Assembly (NCBI GenBank): GCA_027484085.1
Contig: JAIXQF010000001.1
Span: 4,742 to 68,741 of the forward strand
Direction of reading: 5' to 3'
DNA length: 64,000 bases
DNA from: Actinomycetales bacterium
GTDB taxonomy: Bacteria > Actinomycetota > Actinomycetes > S36-B12 > UBA5976
Under the pieces are notes generated by a model that saw only the letters and a list, made by a program, of their open reading frames with translations, did not search any database and had not been told where the DNA came from. Below, piece after piece: positions 61,362-64,000 of this stretch (position 1 is its first letter; each line of letters begins with the position of its first letter). A program made the position numbers and the translations under genes.

Positions 61362-62528
61362 GTGTCGAGACAAATCGTTGTAATGGGATCAGGCGAAACC
61401 AGTCCAACTATGGTGACTCCACACCAGCAAATACTGGCATCCCTTGGAAAGCCAGACCGCCTGAAATTGACCATTTTGGATACCCCATTTGGTTTTCAAG
61501 AAAATGCCGACGACTTAACTGAAAAGTTGATCGACTTCTTCTCTCATTCAGTCGGCGCTACGCCAAAAGCTATCTCGTTGCGTAATGCATCAATTAGTGG
61601 GTCCGCTTTAGGGGAGGCAGTCAATTCGATTCGCGAATCCGATTGGCTGTTTGCTGGGCCAGGTAGCCCATCGTATGCATTAAAGGTTTGGCACGAACTT
61701 GGTGTGAGTCCGCACTTTGATGAAGTGCTAGTCAATGGAACTGTGGTGTTAGCTTCGGCTGCTGCATTGACGGCTGGATCTCACACGATTCCGGTTTATG
61801 AAATGTACAAAGTTGGCGATGAGCCACGTTGGCTTCCGGGTTTAAATCTGATTGAGCGTCACACTGGAATGCCCGCAGCAATCATTCCGCATTACGACAA
61901 TGCAGATGGCGCAAACCATGACACTCGATTCTGTTACATCGGCGAACGTCGCTTGCGCACTATGGAATCACTATTGCCACCTGAAGTTTTCATTATTGGT
62001 GTTGACGAACATACTGGCATTCGTTTTGATTTAGATGAGCGCATTGCATATGTGTTTGGCCGTGGCACCATGACGATTCGTCATCATGGTGAATCTTGGA
62101 CTGTTGCCTCTGGCGAAAGCGCAACCTTTGACGAAATCATTTCTCACACTGGTAGCACTATTGTTCTCGGCGAACCAGCACCATTATTCAAAGTAGATCC
62201 ACATAAAGTTGAAGAACTTCTTGATGCTGGAAAAGTTAGCGATGCCGTTGATGCATTACTAAATCTTGATGAACTTGATCGCGACACCGAAACTCGAGCT
62301 GCTGTTCATTCATTGGTTACTCGCCTAGGTCACATTGCAGCGAGTCCTAAAGTTGACATCATGTCAGTCGTTGGGCCATACATCGATGCGTTACTACAAG
62401 CTCGACAGGCTGCGCGCGCAGGCGGTCGCTGGGATGACGCCGATGCGATTCGAGATCAACTTATGGAAATGAAAGTAACCATCCAGGACTCTAAAGACGG
62501 ATCTTCCTGGGAAATCGAAAGTTCATGA
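61362..62528 (+). CDS. S51/cyanophycinase-like (class I glutamine amidotransferase-fold) domain fused to a CysRS C-terminal-like domain
   Basis: N-terminus IVVMGSGETSP, WLFAGPGSPSY, IIPHYDN. The last ~110 aa (DAVDALLNLDELD ... RWDDADAIRDQLMEMKVTIQDSKDGSSWEI) parallel the C-terminus of the CysS encoded at 23072-24469 ([29 protein letters not shown]). Confidence 0.5.
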   Translation: MSRQIVVMGSGETSPTMVTPHQQILASLGKPDRLKLTILDTPFGFQENADDLTEKLIDFFSHSVGATPKAISLRNASISGSALGEAVNSIRESDWLFAGPGSPSYALKVWHELGVSPHFDEVLVNGTVVLASAAALTAGSHTIPVYEMYKVGDEPRWLPGLNLIERHTGMPAAIIPHYDNADGANHDTRFCYIGERRLRTMESLLPPEVFIIGVDEHTGIRFDLDERIAYVFGRGTMTIRHHGESWTVASGESATFDEIISHTGSTIVLGEPAPLFKVDPHKVEELLDAGKVSDAVDALLNLDELDRDTETRAAVHSLVTRLGHIAASPKVDIMSVVGPYIDALLQARQAARAGGRWDDADAIRDQLMEMKVTIQDSKDGSSWEIESS

Positions 62529-63238
62529 GCCCAGGTCCAATTGCATTAGTTGGATCTGGGGAATACCTGCCAATCATGCAAGATGTTGAAGCCAACTTAA
62601 TTGCTGGTCGAAATCCTAAGTATGTTCAAATTCCAACTGCGGCCGCGCCCGAAGGCGAGTCATCTCTGCATCACTGGATTACCTTAGGAAAAGCGCAAGC
62701 CGAGAGAATTGGTGCGGAACCAGTTGCTGTGATTGCGCACGATCGTAATGATGCAGATGATCCTCGGATTGCGGAACTTGTTCGAGATGCAGGCTTGATT
62801 TATCTTTCCGGTGGTAATCCCACATTTCTGGCTAACACCTTGCGGGAAACATTGTTATGGAAAGAGATTGAAAGTGCTTGGCGAGATGGCGCAGCACTAG
62901 CTGGCTGCAGTGCGGGTGCGATGGCGCTTGCAGACCATATCCCGGCTTTACGCCTTCCGACCCATTCGGCAACCAGCGGTCTTGGACTTTTGCCACATAT
63001 TCGAGTCCTGCCACACTTCGACAAGATGTTTGCTCGGTTACCAGACTTCATGACCAGATTTATGAAAGTTCCAGATGGCGTAAGCGTGGTGGGAATTGAT
63101 GAAGATACTGCCATTGTTGGCGGTCCGTTTGAATGGGAAGTTCAGGGCCGACAATCTGCTTGGTTGTTTGTTGACGGGCACCGCAAAGAATTTAAAGCAG
63201 GACAGACGTTAGTTACACCGAAGATTTTCGGAACATAA
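62525..63238 (+). CDS. S51-family (peptidase E/cyanophycinase-like) protein
   Basis: IALVGSGEY, LIYLSGGNPTFL, AGCSAGAMAL (GxSAG-type nucleophile elbow), VLPHFD. ATGA overlap with the upstream paralogue. Confidence 0.6.
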   Translation: MSPGPIALVGSGEYLPIMQDVEANLIAGRNPKYVQIPTAAAPEGESSLHHWITLGKAQAERIGAEPVAVIAHDRNDADDPRIAELVRDAGLIYLSGGNPTFLANTLRETLLWKEIESAWRDGAALAGCSAGAMALADHIPALRLPTHSATSGLGLLPHIRVLPHFDKMFARLPDFMTRFMKVPDGVSVVGIDEDTAIVGGPFEWEVQGRQSAWLFVDGHRKEFKAGQTLVTPKIFGT

Positions 63239-64000
63239 CGTCGGTATCCCAGTGTGCAAAGCCAAGTGATTCGTACAAACGAATTGCAGCCTTGTTATCT
63301 GCATCAACATAAAGCATCGCTGCGGGCAGACCCTGGCTACGTAAATGCTCAAGACCTCGCACACTTAAAAGCTTCCCTAATCCAGAACCTCTTAAGGCTG
63401 GCGAAATGCCAAGTACGTAAATTTCCCCGATTTCTGAATGTCCGTGTCCACCAGCGCCACCGTGAACTTTTGTCCAGTGGTATCCAACCATTACTTCTGA
63501 GCCAGATTGCTCTTGAGTTGCAATCAAGAATCCAGCCGGATCAAACCATTGCTCTGACATTCGGACCGCTAAATCCTGCTCAGACATCCGACCTTGTTCT
63601 GGATGATCCGCAAATACTGTTGCGTTTAGTTCTAGCCAAGCCTGCTCATCGACCCCAACGCGAAATGGTCGAACCGTTACGTTAGAAATGTCGTTGGCTT
63701 TGGGCAGTGGCGCAAACAAGGATCTGCGCATTTGCCAAAGTTCGCGGGTTTTAGCGAAACCTAGTTTTTCAGCCAAACTGTAGGCACTCATGAGTTCGCC
63801 GTGTGCCCACAACCTCATTTTCGGATCGTTAGATTTTGCTACCGCCGCTTCTACTAACGCTCTGCCAATGCCTTGTCGCCTGAATTCAGGATGCACGACA
63901 ACTTCAACAACTGATCCAGCCACAGCATCGGTTTGATCTAGGTGTAGATAGCCAACAATTTTTCCAGAATCATTGGTTGCAACTAAATGTTCGTCAGCAA
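63213..64000 (-). CDS. mshD: mycothiol synthase (acetyl-CoA:Cys-GlcN-Ins acetyltransferase), N-terminus outside window
   Basis: Two GNAT modules (VHPEFRRQGIGRALV and GISPALRGSGLGKLL). The frame stays open to position 64000, so the M at 63923 is internal. Confidence 0.8.
   Translation of the reverse strand, partial: ADEHLVATNDSGKIVGYLHLDQTDAVAGSVVEVVVHPEFRRQGIGRALVEAAVAKSNDPKMRLWAHGELMSAYSLAEKLGFAKTRELWQMRRSLFAPLPKANDISNVTVRPFRVGVDEQAWLELNATVFADHPEQGRMSEQDLAVRMSEQWFDPAGFLIATQEQSGSEVMVGYHWTKVHGGAGGHGHSEIGEIYVLGISPALRGSGLGKLLSVRGLEHLRSQGLPAAMLYVDADNKAAIRLYESLGFAHWDTDVMFRKSSV

Overview
Streamlined, moderately low-GC actinobacterial chromosome segment. Actinomycetota hallmarks are mycothiol genes mshA/mshD, carD, clpC1-type clpC, senX3-regX3, DUF3151 and DUF3263. 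A small-genome freshwater lineage is only a guess. There are about 60 tightly packed genes, many with ATGA/GTGA start-stop overlaps. Backbone, in order: panC-coaX-lysS-short argA-clpC; lhgO; gpmA; a phosphate block (secreted PhoX-like propeller, pstC-pstA-pstS then pstB, phoU-mshA, senX3-regX3); carD-ispD-ispF-cysS-rlmB; an SbtA-like permease with a PII-like protein; tRNA-Thr; TetR plus two secreted proteins plus an iron-complex-type ABC importer. It continues with a SAM-I riboswitch in front of a threonine-synthase-like/MoaD-like pair (MetM/MetO-type homocysteine synthesis); cspA; pyrE; fbaA; purA; purD-purB-purC; a TPP-enzyme/ALDH/FAD-oxidase/2x YczE cluster; ppk1-mutT1; two S51-like proteins; mshD. 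The most notable feature is a 4.4-kb AT-rich insertion (47001-51384). It carries a LuxR-type two-component system and a secreted OmpA_C-domain protein. It is bounded by 59-bp direct repeats (1 mismatch) that duplicate the last 19 codons of the TPP-enzyme gene, and it sits next to an aberrant tRNA-like gene. No integrase lies inside it. I saw no rRNA, CRISPR array, transposase or prophage genes. All calls come from reading the translations and sequence by eye; no searches were run.
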